From contig JAVZHX010000002.1 in assembly GCA_038871515.1 (NCBI GenBank), positions 4,641 through 68,640 of the forward strand: DNA of 64,000 bases, read 5' to 3'. This DNA comes from Candidatus Micrarchaeia archaeon (lineage in GTDB: Archaea; Micrarchaeota; Micrarchaeia; Burarchaeales; Fermentimicrarchaeaceae). The translations under genes and the position numbers were made by a program. Positions 56,146 through 64,000 of the stretch are shown one piece after another (the first letter of the stretch is position 1; each line of letters begins with the position of its first letter). The notes beneath the pieces are model-generated. The model was given only the letters and a program-made list of their open reading frames with translations. It was not told where the DNA came from and made no database searches.

Positions 56146-56878
56146 ACAATCCCCTCAGGTTGAACAAGTTGATACAATTCCTAGCCGTTATCTCGGCAAC
56201 TTCCTCAATGTTCACCTCCTTTATTCCAGCAATCAACTCCGCCGAGCTTATCACTCCAGAGGGTTCCCCAGCAAGGTAGGGAGCATCGCTCTCCAGCAGT
56301 AAGTTTTCAAGTGGTATGTGCTTAATTATTCTTTCCCTTGTTCTGGAGGGAGTGGGTGGGATGGAGATGAAAAAACCATGCTCGGCTGCTTTCTCAGCGA
56401 GGGAAAGGCTGCCTGAAAAGCAGTGAAGCAGAACTCTTTCCACACCGCTCCTCAGCAGTATGTCAATAACCTCTTCCTCTGCTTCTCTTGAGTGAATAAC
56501 TACGGGGAGTTTCTCAGAGATTGCAAAATTAAGAAGAAGTTCAAAAGAGTTTCTTTGCTTACCTGCTTTCTCTGGTGTTTTCGCCCAGTGAAAGTCAAGC
56601 CCTATTTCACCAACACCAACTATTCTTTTTCTGTTGTTTTTGAGAAAAGAGATGGTTGAGTCAAACGAATCCGAATCCATCGCTTCCTGCGGCGCTATGC
56701 CGATGACTGCAAAAACATTATCTGGGTATCTCTCGGCAATTCGGAGGGTGGGGGTATTATCTCCTTTGGAGCAACCGCAGGTTATCATTGTTTTTACTCC
56801 TGCTTCAAGTGCTTTTGAAATTATCTCCTCATAGTTTTTGAACGCATCCAGATGGCAGTGAGAGTCAATGAAATGCAT
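56132..56878 (-). CDS. TatD-family deoxyribonuclease
   Basis: DSHCHL, GEIGLD, IHSR.A, LHCFSG, ESDAPY. Confidence 0.94.
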   Translation of the reverse strand: MHFIDSHCHLDAFKNYEEIISKALEAGVKTMITCGCSKGDNTPTLRIAERYPDNVFAVIGIAPQEAMDSDSFDSTISFLKNNRKRIVGVGEIGLDFHWAKTPEKAGKQRNSFELLLNFAISEKLPVVIHSREAEEEVIDILLRSGVERVLLHCFSGSLSLAEKAAEHGFFISIPPTPSRTRERIIKHIPLENLLLESDAPYLAGEPSGVISSAELIAGIKEVNIEEVAEITARNCINLFNLRGLYGCD

Positions 56879-56928
56879 AAGAATCTTTAAAAAATGAGAA
56901 GTTAAAAAGGAATAGGTAGGTGTTTACA

Positions 56929-57324
56929 ATGACAGAGAAAACTTTTGCAGTGATGAAGGATTTGAAGGTTGGAAAGTATGTGATTATAGATGATGTGCCG
57001 TGCAGAGTTGTTGAGATTGAAAGCTCGGCGCCTGGGAAGCACGGGGCAGCCAAGATGAGGGTGACGGCAATAGGTGTTTTTGACAATCAGAAAAGAACTC
57101 TGCTGAAGCCAGCTGATGGTGATGTTGAGGTGCCGATAATTGAAAGAAAGGTTGGGCAGGTGGTTTCAATCAGCGGTGCAGAAGCCCAAATAATGAATCT
57201 GGAGGATTACAGCACTTTTGAGATTGCGATTCCAGAGGAGATGAAAAATGAGGTAGCTCCTGGGAAGGAAGTTGAGTATATTGAGAGCATGGGGAGAAAA
57301 CTTATAACAAGAGTGAGGGGTTGA
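56929..57324 (+). CDS. eif5a: Translation factor aIF-5A
   Basis: Hypusine loop SAPGKHGAAK. Confidence 0.96.
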   Translation: MTEKTFAVMKDLKVGKYVIIDDVPCRVVEIESSAPGKHGAAKMRVTAIGVFDNQKRTLLKPADGDVEVPIIERKVGQVVSISGAEAQIMNLEDYSTFEIAIPEEMKNEVAPGKEVEYIESMGRKLITRVRG

Positions 57325-57325
57325 A

Positions 57326-57643
57326 ATGGAGGTAAAGGTAATTGAGCAAAAGGAGAATCCTCTTCTGAGGAGGAAGGAGATAAGATTTGAAGTGAGTTTC
57401 ACAGGTCCAACGCCAAGCAGAAAACAGATTAAGGAGTTGCTCTGCTCCAAGCTTGGTGTAGATGCATCTCTGGCTGTGATAGATATAGTTGAGCAGGGGT
57501 ATGGCTCAACTGCAGCAAGGGGGTATGCGAAAGTATATGAGAGCAAGGAGGCGATGGGGATAGAGAGCAAGCATAAATTAGATAGAGATACGGGAGTGAA
57601 GGAGAAGAAGGAAGAAAAGAAGGGAGGTGGAGGAAGTGGCTGA
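57326..57643 (+). CDS. rps24e: 30S ribosomal protein S24e
   Basis: [19 protein letters not shown]. Confidence 0.96.
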   Translation: MEVKVIEQKENPLLRRKEIRFEVSFTGPTPSRKQIKELLCSKLGVDASLAVIDIVEQGYGSTAARGYAKVYESKEAMGIESKHKLDRDTGVKEKKEEKKGGGGSG

Positions 57644-57773
57644 GGAGAAAAAGAAGCTCAAACCATACACGAAAAAACGTTTCTGCCCAAAGTGCGGGAC
57701 AGGGGTTCACTTGGCTGAGCACAAGGACAGATTCTCCTGCGGTAAATGTGGTTATCTGGAGATGAAAAGGTAG
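57636..57773 (+). CDS. rps27ae: 30S ribosomal protein S27ae
   Basis: Manual translation ..[25 protein letters not shown]; follows rps24e; not in the ORF track. Confidence 0.95.
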   Translation: MAEEKKKLKPYTKKRFCPKCGTGVHLAEHKDRFSCGKCGYLEMKR

Positions 57774-57778
57774 GGAAG

Positions 57779-58537
57779 ATGGAGCATCTCCGGAAACTTT
57801 TTCTCCTTCTCTTTTTTGGCTCAGTTTCTGTGCTTGCAACTTTTTTGCTGAGAAACTTTATTCTGCCAATGCTTGCACCAGTTGTTTTTGTAGCGCTAAC
57901 TGTTTGGATAGCGGATATAATTAAGAAGTATGGAAAAGCGGTTGGAGTTCTGGCAGCTTTTCTTTATATTTTTTTCACTTTTTTAACTCTCAATATAAAT
58001 TACTTCCCAACAATTCTTATCTCGGTTGCGATGTTCTCCTTTCCATTCTTTTATAATTTTGAGGTTGAGGGAAGGGAGTTGAAAGCAATTCTGAAGGAGA
58101 TGGGGGTGAGCAGAAAAAATTTTTTGAGGAATGCGGCTGTGGGAGTTGCAGTTGCAGTTTTTGTGCTTTTGCCTTTAATTATAATTGAAGCGCTGCTTAT
58201 ACTTCACTTCAAGCTAGAGGAGCCTGGGAGGGTTGCAGACATAGCAAAGGAGCTTCCACTCTATATACTTATCTTTTCATTCACATTCACCCCAATTGCT
58301 GAAGAGGTTTGCTTCAGGGGTTTTCTTTTGCAGAGGGTGGGAGTTTTCATATCAACTCTGCTTTTCGCGCTGGCGCATTTCTTCTATGGTTCATTAATAG
58401 AGTTCGCTGCAACTTTTACGGCTGGTTTGTTGTTTGCACTTATGCGCAGGAGGGATTCGCTCATCCAGCCGATATTTGCGCATGCAGCTTTTAATTTTAT
58501 CAACGCAGTTGTAATTATTTTCTATGTGAGAGCATGA
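57779..58537 (+). CDS. CPBP/Abi (CAAX) intramembrane metalloprotease
   Basis: EEVCFRG, FALAH, H..FN motifs. Confidence 0.92.
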   Translation: MEHLRKLFLLLFFGSVSVLATFLLRNFILPMLAPVVFVALTVWIADIIKKYGKAVGVLAAFLYIFFTFLTLNINYFPTILISVAMFSFPFFYNFEVEGRELKAILKEMGVSRKNFLRNAAVGVAVAVFVLLPLIIIEALLILHFKLEEPGRVADIAKELPLYILIFSFTFTPIAEEVCFRGFLLQRVGVFISTLLFALAHFFYGSLIEFAATFTAGLLFALMRRRDSLIQPIFAHAAFNFINAVVIIFYVRA

Positions 58538-59502
58538 GGTGTATTGGGATAGAGAGCAGCGCGCACACAATTGGAGTGGGGGTAGTTGACGGAAGGAGAA
58601 TTCTTGCAAACGAGAGAAGCACGTATAAACCAAAGTACGGAGGGATTCACCCAAGGAAGGCTGCGGAGTTTCTCTCAAAGGAGTTTGAGCCAGTTATGGA
58701 AAGAGCTCTAAAGAAAAGTGGTTTGAAGTTAAAGGATGTGGAGCTTGTTGCATTTACAATGGGTCCTGGTTTGGGAGCATGTCTGAAAGTTGGGTTGGTT
58801 GGGGCGAAGATGCTTGCGCAGATGCTTGAAAAACCAATAATTGGTGTTAACCATGCAGTTGCGCACATTGAGGTGGGCAAAGTTATCTGCGGTTGCAAGA
58901 AACCGCTTGTTGTTTACGTAAGCGGCGGTAATACTCAAATAATTGTGCTTGAAGAAAATAGGTATAGAGTGCTTGGTGAAACTCTTGATATTGGGTTGGG
59001 AAACCTTATAGATTCGTTTGGAAGAAGTATGGGTTTGAAGTACGCACATGGCTCTGTTATTGAGAAGATGGCAAAGAAGGGTGATTATATACCCCTTCCT
59101 TACTCGGTGAAGGGGATGGATTTGGTTTTCACTGGCCTTTTGACTGAAGCGGAAAGATGCTTAAAAAAATGCAGGAAGGAGGATGTTTGCTACTCCTTGC
59201 AGGAAACTGCTTTTGCGATGCTTGTTGAGGCAGCTGAAAGAGCGCTTGCGCTTACAAAAAGAAAAGAAGTTCTTCTTTGCGGTGGAGTTGCGCAGAACAG
59301 AAGGCTGCAGGAGATGATGAGAGAAATGGTAAAACCGCATAAAGCAAAGTTCTTTGTTGCAGAGGATGAGTTCAACGCAGACAATGGAGCTATGATAGCG
59401 CTGACTGGCAGTTTGATGTATGAAGCAGGGGTGAGAATGAAATTAAGCGAATGCAGAGCAATTCAAAAAATGAGGGTGGATGAGGTTGAGGTGAAATGGT
59501 AG
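58534..59502 (+). CDS. kae1: KEOPS t6A synthase Kae1
   Basis: GIESSAHT, GGIHP, HAVAHIE, YVSGGNT, GETLD, DNGAMIA. Confidence 0.96.
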   Translation: MRCIGIESSAHTIGVGVVDGRRILANERSTYKPKYGGIHPRKAAEFLSKEFEPVMERALKKSGLKLKDVELVAFTMGPGLGACLKVGLVGAKMLAQMLEKPIIGVNHAVAHIEVGKVICGCKKPLVVYVSGGNTQIIVLEENRYRVLGETLDIGLGNLIDSFGRSMGLKYAHGSVIEKMAKKGDYIPLPYSVKGMDLVFTGLLTEAERCLKKCRKEDVCYSLQETAFAMLVEAAERALALTKRKEVLLCGGVAQNRRLQEMMREMVKPHKAKFFVAEDEFNADNGAMIALTGSLMYEAGVRMKLSECRAIQKMRVDEVEVKW

Positions 59503-60405
59503 TTACTTAAGAAGCTTTGTTATGATTAAACTTATGCTGTCTTTCTTTGAGGTGTTATAGTTTACATCCCTTACCCTCATTTTTGTTGGGAAGTTCAGCC
59601 AGAAGTTCGTTGTGTTGAATGTGAAACCAATTTCACTTCTCACTTGACATCCCTGTATTCTTATATTGAGCAGATAATCTTCACCAGCATAGGGGCCAAC
59701 CCACAAGTCTATCCAGCAGCTTTCGCTTACAAAATTGAGATTAAGATGTCCTTGCTTGGTAACATCAAAGGTTGTGTATGGTGATATATACTCATTCCCT
59801 CCCGAGTCATTCACTTTTAAATAGAAGCGTATGCAACCCTGCGTTCCGGGAGTGCATGATTTGGGTGCGGGCGTCCATTTTATATCATCAACATCTTTAG
59901 AAAAATTCCCAGTTGAAACAGACAGGTTATACCAAACGAAGTCTATTGCGGTGGATTGTGTATATGGAATTTGGATGAACAAATCTGTCTTAGCAAAGTC
60001 GCTGTATTTATAAGTCATATTAAATGGTTCAACAGTTATCGTGCTTGAGAGGCTGCTTAATGAGATAGGTTGCTCTGCTGGGTCAAGGAAAACAACCTCC
60101 ATATCCGGGGTTAGATAACGCTGTCTTATGAACTCCTCATAGTACCCCAATCTATTGGTTATACCGCTTCCTGGAAACGAATCCTTGAATATTAAGTTGG
60201 ACTCCTGCTGTGTTATTGAAAGCCCAGTTATATTCGTTATATCATCCATTATATCATCAAACGTATAACCTATTTTTTCTGAAACAAGCATCTCGGAAAC
60301 TCTTTGTGAGTAGGAGGAGGAGCTTCTTGCGTACTGAAGAGTTACCTCAATGAGCAACAAGAATAGAATTGTTGTTATTGCGGTTAGCATGAAACCTCTT
60401 CTCAT
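59503..60405 (-). CDS. Class III signal peptide-like surface protein
   Basis: MRRG|FMLT plus hydrophobic helix; beta-rich with N-x-S/T sequons. Confidence 0.75.
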   Translation of the reverse strand: MRRGFMLTAITTILFLLLIEVTLQYARSSSSYSQRVSEMLVSEKIGYTFDDIMDDITNITGLSITQQESNLIFKDSFPGSGITNRLGYYEEFIRQRYLTPDMEVVFLDPAEQPISLSSLSSTITVEPFNMTYKYSDFAKTDLFIQIPYTQSTAIDFVWYNLSVSTGNFSKDVDDIKWTPAPKSCTPGTQGCIRFYLKVNDSGGNEYISPYTTFDVTKQGHLNLNFVSESCWIDLWVGPYAGEDYLLNIRIQGCQVRSEIGFTFNTTNFWLNFPTKMRVRDVNYNTSKKDSISLIITKLLK

Positions 60406-60833
60406 TTATACCAAACCTCCATAACTGCAATTCCATACCTGTTTTTTTCCGTGTCTGTGAAAACTCTCCTCACAACGCTTTTTGTCTCAGTTGTTCCATT
60501 CTGCCCCGCAACGATGTTTCTGTTGCAGTTAAACGTTCCGCTGTAGCTGCAGATTGTTATGTTTATCTTCACAACAATGCTTGGTGGAATTTGGAATTGT
60601 ATTAAATCATTTAAAGTTGAAATTGCTTCTTCATCTGTCTTATCAAATATTTCCTTCAGCGTTCCATCCTTATCCCTTGAAATGAGAAAGTCCTGTCCGG
60701 TGTTATACAGTGCGACTTCCTTGTACCACTCTCCTGTTCTTAAACTGAGCAATTGAACAACTACGGCTAGAGCAGTTGTTGCAATTACAACTGCAACAAG
60801 CGCGTCAAGAGTGAAAACAACTCCTCTTTTCAT
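60402..60833 (-). CDS. Class III signal peptide pilin-like protein
   Basis: MKRG|VVFTLDALVA plus hydrophobic helix; C-terminal strand ..MEVWY. Confidence 0.82.
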   Translation of the reverse strand: MKRGVVFTLDALVAVVIATTALAVVVQLLSLRTGEWYKEVALYNTGQDFLISRDKDGTLKEIFDKTDEEAISTLNDLIQFQIPPSIVVKINITICSYSGTFNCNRNIVAGQNGTTETKSVVRRVFTDTEKNRYGIAVMEVWYK

Positions 60834-62233
60834 CTCCACACCACTACATTAAGAATTACTTTCTGCCTCTCAAGGTTGCCGAAGTAGATTTGTTTCAACG
60901 CAATCTCAAGCTCAGCTTCATTCTTTGCGGAGTAGAACTGGCACCTTCCTATTTCGGCAACCTGTCTTAGTTGCGCTTCTCCTGTGGAGCCTTGAGCAAA
61001 GCCAACTGTGCAGATTCTGCCAACTTTGTTTGCTGCATATGCGGCTGCAGCAACAACATCCCCACCACATGTTTCGCTTCCATCGGAAACAACAATCATC
61101 ATTGTGTGTTTTCTAGTTGCGCTGGTGTTTGTGTAGTCAGCAGCACTTATGATGGATTGGGCTATTGGGGTTGAACCAGAAGCAGTTATCGTATCAACAG
61201 CGGATTTTATAGATGCGTAGTCAGTTGTGAAATCCCTTATTCTCTGTGGAACGCAACCGTTGAATTTGTAAAGAGATATCTCATCAATTCCTTCTGACTC
61301 ATTTGCAACCACGTCAACAAAGTTTTTCGTTGCATTTTTTGCTGCATCTATTCTTCTAGGCGTGGTTTGAACCATCAAATCAAATGAAAGCGGGTTCACA
61401 TAATTTCTCTTCCTCGCATAAACCTTCCACTCCCCTGCTTCCCATCTTGCGCTTGTGAAATTCATATAATCTGCACCGCTGTAGTGAGTCGCAGTGCAGC
61501 CAGTTCCGCAGTTTGTGCAACTGGGATTGCTGTCTGGGCATCCGTATTTTATTCCTGATGGGCTTGTCACATTAATCCTTCCATACGAACCTCCCGTGTT
61601 GTTGAACTCCAGCACAAAATCAAAGTCGCTTGTTGGGGAGCTTGGGAAAGTAACGTTGTAAACATTAACCCATGAGTCAGTCAGAATTCCACTTTTGTAT
61701 CCCATTGAAGTTGAAAACCACTGCATGCTTCCGGAAGAATCAAAAACGAATGTTATTGAGTTGTTATGGACAACAATCTCCCCGTATATGGCAGTTCTCC
61801 TCACACTGGAGACAGCTGTTGCATTCTCCGGAGGTATACCGCCCTCAGCAGGCTCCCCATCTATTATGACAGGGCTTCCATCCGCATACGTCATATTCAC
61901 ATAAATCTGATACGGGCCAAGCCCAAGCAGCTCCCTCACTTTTTCGTAATCAAGCTCAAGTAGTTCAAGAAAGCTTTCAAACTTAGCCTGATCCATCACT
62001 CCTCTTTCAGAAGATAAACCTATCAGCTGAACGTTCGTTGCATTCCAATCGTATGGATAACCTGGGCTGTTTAGGAGTTTGTTCGCAACCTGAATTGCAA
62101 CTAAATCCGCTTCAGCAGTTGTTCTTATGTTGTAATGAACCAAATCCCACAGAATTGCAAACAGCATCATAACTATGAAAAAAAGCATAAGCGCAAGTAT
62201 CAAATCCAAACCGGAGATTTGGGCTTTTCTCAT
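60830..62233 (-). CDS. Class III signal peptide pilin-like protein with inserted vWA domain (candidate tip adhesin)
   Basis: MRKAQ|ISGLD; SPG.P..WN; MIDAS DSSGS, G.TPIA, SDG.ETC. Confidence 0.88.
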   Translation of the reverse strand: MRKAQISGLDLILALMLFFIVMMLFAILWDLVHYNIRTTAEADLVAIQVANKLLNSPGYPYDWNATNVQLIGLSSERGVMDQAKFESFLELLELDYEKVRELLGLGPYQIYVNMTYADGSPVIIDGEPAEGGIPPENATAVSSVRRTAIYGEIVVHNNSITFVFDSSGSMQWFSTSMGYKSGILTDSWVNVYNVTFPSSPTSDFDFVLEFNNTGGSYGRINVTSPSGIKYGCPDSNPSCTNCGTGCTATHYSGADYMNFTSARWEAGEWKVYARKRNYVNPLSFDLMVQTTPRRIDAAKNATKNFVDVVANESEGIDEISLYKFNGCVPQRIRDFTTDYASIKSAVDTITASGSTPIAQSIISAADYTNTSATRKHTMMIVVSDGSETCGGDVVAAAAYAANKVGRICTVGFAQGSTGEAQLRQVAEIGRCQFYSAKNEAELEIALKQIYFGNLERQKVILNVVVWR

Positions 62234-62320
62234 GTAAATCGTATTGAGAATTTGGGTATATAACCCTATTGCCAGAGTTATATTTATTAATGCATCCACA
62301 ATAACTATTTGGTGGTCGCA

Positions 62321-62641
62321 ATGCCTAGGAGGAGGAAAGCACGCCCTGTGAGGTTTGCTGAACCGAAGTTCAGCGATGGAGTGTATTACGCAATTTTGAT
62401 AGGGTTGATAGCAACATTCATCTCAGGAGCATATTACAAAGGAATACCTTGCCAGATGGAGTGTATTGGGGAGAATATAAGCAATGGCTATCCTTACCCC
62501 TGGTTCACCTATAACACGTATGAGGGATGGCAGAGAGGCAACATCGTTTGGGTGGGCGCAGTAATTGACATAGCTTTCTGGGCGTTTATCGCTTATTTGG
62601 TTATGCTCATCCTCTACGCGGCAATGAAGGAAGTCAGGTAA
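62321..62641 (+). CDS. Small 2-TM membrane protein
   Basis: Basic N-terminus, TM, GYPYPW loop, TM. Confidence 0.7.
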   Translation: MPRRRKARPVRFAEPKFSDGVYYAILIGLIATFISGAYYKGIPCQMECIGENISNGYPYPWFTYNTYEGWQRGNIVWVGAVIDIAFWAFIAYLVMLILYAAMKEVR

Positions 62642-62652
62642 ATGGTGTTGCA

Positions 62653-63252
62653 GTGGGTTTTTTAGCAAGAGGAGCGGAGGCAGAGCTGTACGTTGAGAAG
62701 TTTCTTTCAAGGAGAGTTGTTGCTAAAAGAAGAGTTGAGAAGAAGTACAGGATTAAGGAAATGGATGTTAGGTTAAGGAAGAGCAGAACAAGAGGGGAAG
62801 CATATCTATTGCACGCTGCGAAGGAAGTTGGAGTTAACTGCCCTGTTGTTTTTGAAGTTAAGGAATTTGAAATTAAGCTTGAATTGATAGACGGAGTTTT
62901 GCTCAGGGAGTTTATTGAAAAGAAGAAAAAGGTTGGTGAAGTTCTCAGGGAGGTGGGGAGGGGGTTGGCGAAGCTGCATTCCGCTGGAATTGTTCATGGC
63001 GATTTTACAACAGCGAATGTTATGGTTGGCAAACGAGTTGTGTTTATAGACTTTGGTTTAGGTGGCTTCACCGATAATTTGGAGGAGAAAGCAGTAGATG
63101 TTTTGCTGATGAAGAGATCGCTGGGTGATGAAAAAAGATACAAGTGCTTCTTGATGGGTTATAGAGAATACGCAGAGTTTGAGAAAGTTCTTGAAAAACT
63201 TGAAGAAATAGAGAGAAGGGGCAGGTATGTTGTGAGAAGCTGGGCAGCCTAA
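62653..63252 (+). CDS. bud32: KEOPS kinase Bud32
   Basis: RGAEA, K.YR, HGDFTTAN, IDFGL, RGRY. Confidence 0.95.
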   Translation: MGFLARGAEAELYVEKFLSRRVVAKRRVEKKYRIKEMDVRLRKSRTRGEAYLLHAAKEVGVNCPVVFEVKEFEIKLELIDGVLLREFIEKKKKVGEVLREVGRGLAKLHSAGIVHGDFTTANVMVGKRVVFIDFGLGGFTDNLEEKAVDVLLMKRSLGDEKRYKCFLMGYREYAEFEKVLEKLEEIERRGRYVVRSWAA

Positions 63253-63362
63253 AGCTCCCCAACTCTTCTCTTAAGTTTTCTTTTCATCTTCTTCCTTCTC
63301 TTCTTCAGCCACTTCCACCTCATCCTTCCTGCTTTCTTCCATTTCCTTGGAATAGAACCCAA
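63249..63362 (-). CDS. rpl41e: Ribosomal protein eL41 (eS32)-like, 37 aa
   Basis: GGTGA RBS plus TTG; MGSIPRKWKKAGRMRWKWLKKRRKKMKRKLKRRVGEL matches the archaeal PRKWKK.GRMRWKW pattern; not in the ORF track. Confidence 0.88.
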   Translation of the reverse strand: MGSIPRKWKKAGRMRWKWLKKRRKKMKRKLKRRVGEL

Positions 63363-63414
63363 AAAATCACCTTTACAATCTGGATATAATTGTGTGCTCT
63401 TATATTCCTTTTGG

Positions 63415-64000
63415 TTACTGAATTTCAAATCTTCTTTTCAACTGTTCTGTTGGTTTCACCAATAAAAATGGATAATCAGAAGGGGATACCCTTTCTTGGA
63501 CTTGCATATACAATTTATAGTTTTCCTGCAACCTCTCCGTTGGTATTATAAGCAGTTTTAGGCATCTGCGGAAGGGAATGTTGTTTTCAGTGCAGAATTT
63601 ATAGTTTTCTTTAACTCTTTCCGGGTCTGCTGTGAAAAGCTGCAGAAAATCGTTGAATTCAATTTTGTTTTCAAGCGCGAATATATGTATCTCCTTCAAT
63701 TTCTTTGGGTTCGTCATAAGAATTGCTGGGTTGTTTTTGAAGTTTATTCCATTCCTCTTGCAGTATTCAATGTTCACTTTCCATGTTTCAACAGAGCCAC
63801 CTTTGGGAAGCTCAACCCCACTGTAGTTCCGTATAATTTCCTTTTCCATCCAATCTCTTGGGTGTTCTTTGGCAAGCTCAAGTGCTTTTGGAAGCATTAT
63901 CTCAAATGCAAGTATCCAATCTGCAGTTAAACCACATCTTAGGAAAATTTTTCTTCCCTCCTCCTCATACCCAAAGGCAGCAAATTCTGACTCAAACCTC
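63415..64000 (-). CDS. Helical-repeat protein (mTERF-like ~28-aa repeats); 5' end beyond the window
   Basis: Frame stays open to the window end (RFESEFAAFGYEEEGRKIFLRCGLTADWILAFEIMLPK..); four to five tandem repeats. Confidence 0.75.
   Translation of the reverse strand, partial: RFESEFAAFGYEEEGRKIFLRCGLTADWILAFEIMLPKALELAKEHPRDWMEKEIIRNYSGVELPKGGSVETWKVNIEYCKRNGINFKNNPAILMTNPKKLKEIHIFALENKIEFNDFLQLFTADPERVKENYKFCTENNIPFRRCLKLLIIPTERLQENYKLYMQVQERVSPSDYPFLLVKPTEQLKRRFEIQ

Overview
A gene-dense archaeal chromosome segment, most consistent with a metabolically fairly complete DPANN archaeon such as a Micrarchaeota member. This assignment is inferred from gene content and was not verified by any search. 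Housekeeping genes include secD/secF, Sec61beta, ftsZ, FEN1, MBF1, Alba, Lsm, aIF5A, six ribosomal proteins, KEOPS kae1/bud32, purB/purM/purH, mat, thiL/thiDN, glmM/glmU and ndk. There are two tRNAs: Val-GAC, and Ala-GGC with a 14-nt intron. The surface-appendage repertoire is large: ten class III (prepilin) signal-peptide proteins, a VirB2/TrbC-like pilin, a TadC-like membrane protein, and a type IV pilus/secretion ATPase fused to an N-terminal 16-Cys (4x[4Fe-4S]-type) ferredoxin domain. The least explained stretch is about 49.1-50.05 kb. It has an iterated DNA motif array abutting a near-consensus BRE/TATA promoter, a ~170-nt leader that can form two tandem pseudoknots and an RBS-sequestering hairpin, a tiny Zn-finger ORF, and a second multi-branched structured RNA candidate. 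Other points of note are a CBS+HPF-like hibernation factor, a membrane-KaiC module, an mTERF-like repeat protein, an apparent CTG start codon and several small ORFs missing from the ORF track. I saw no CRISPR array, rRNA or transposase.
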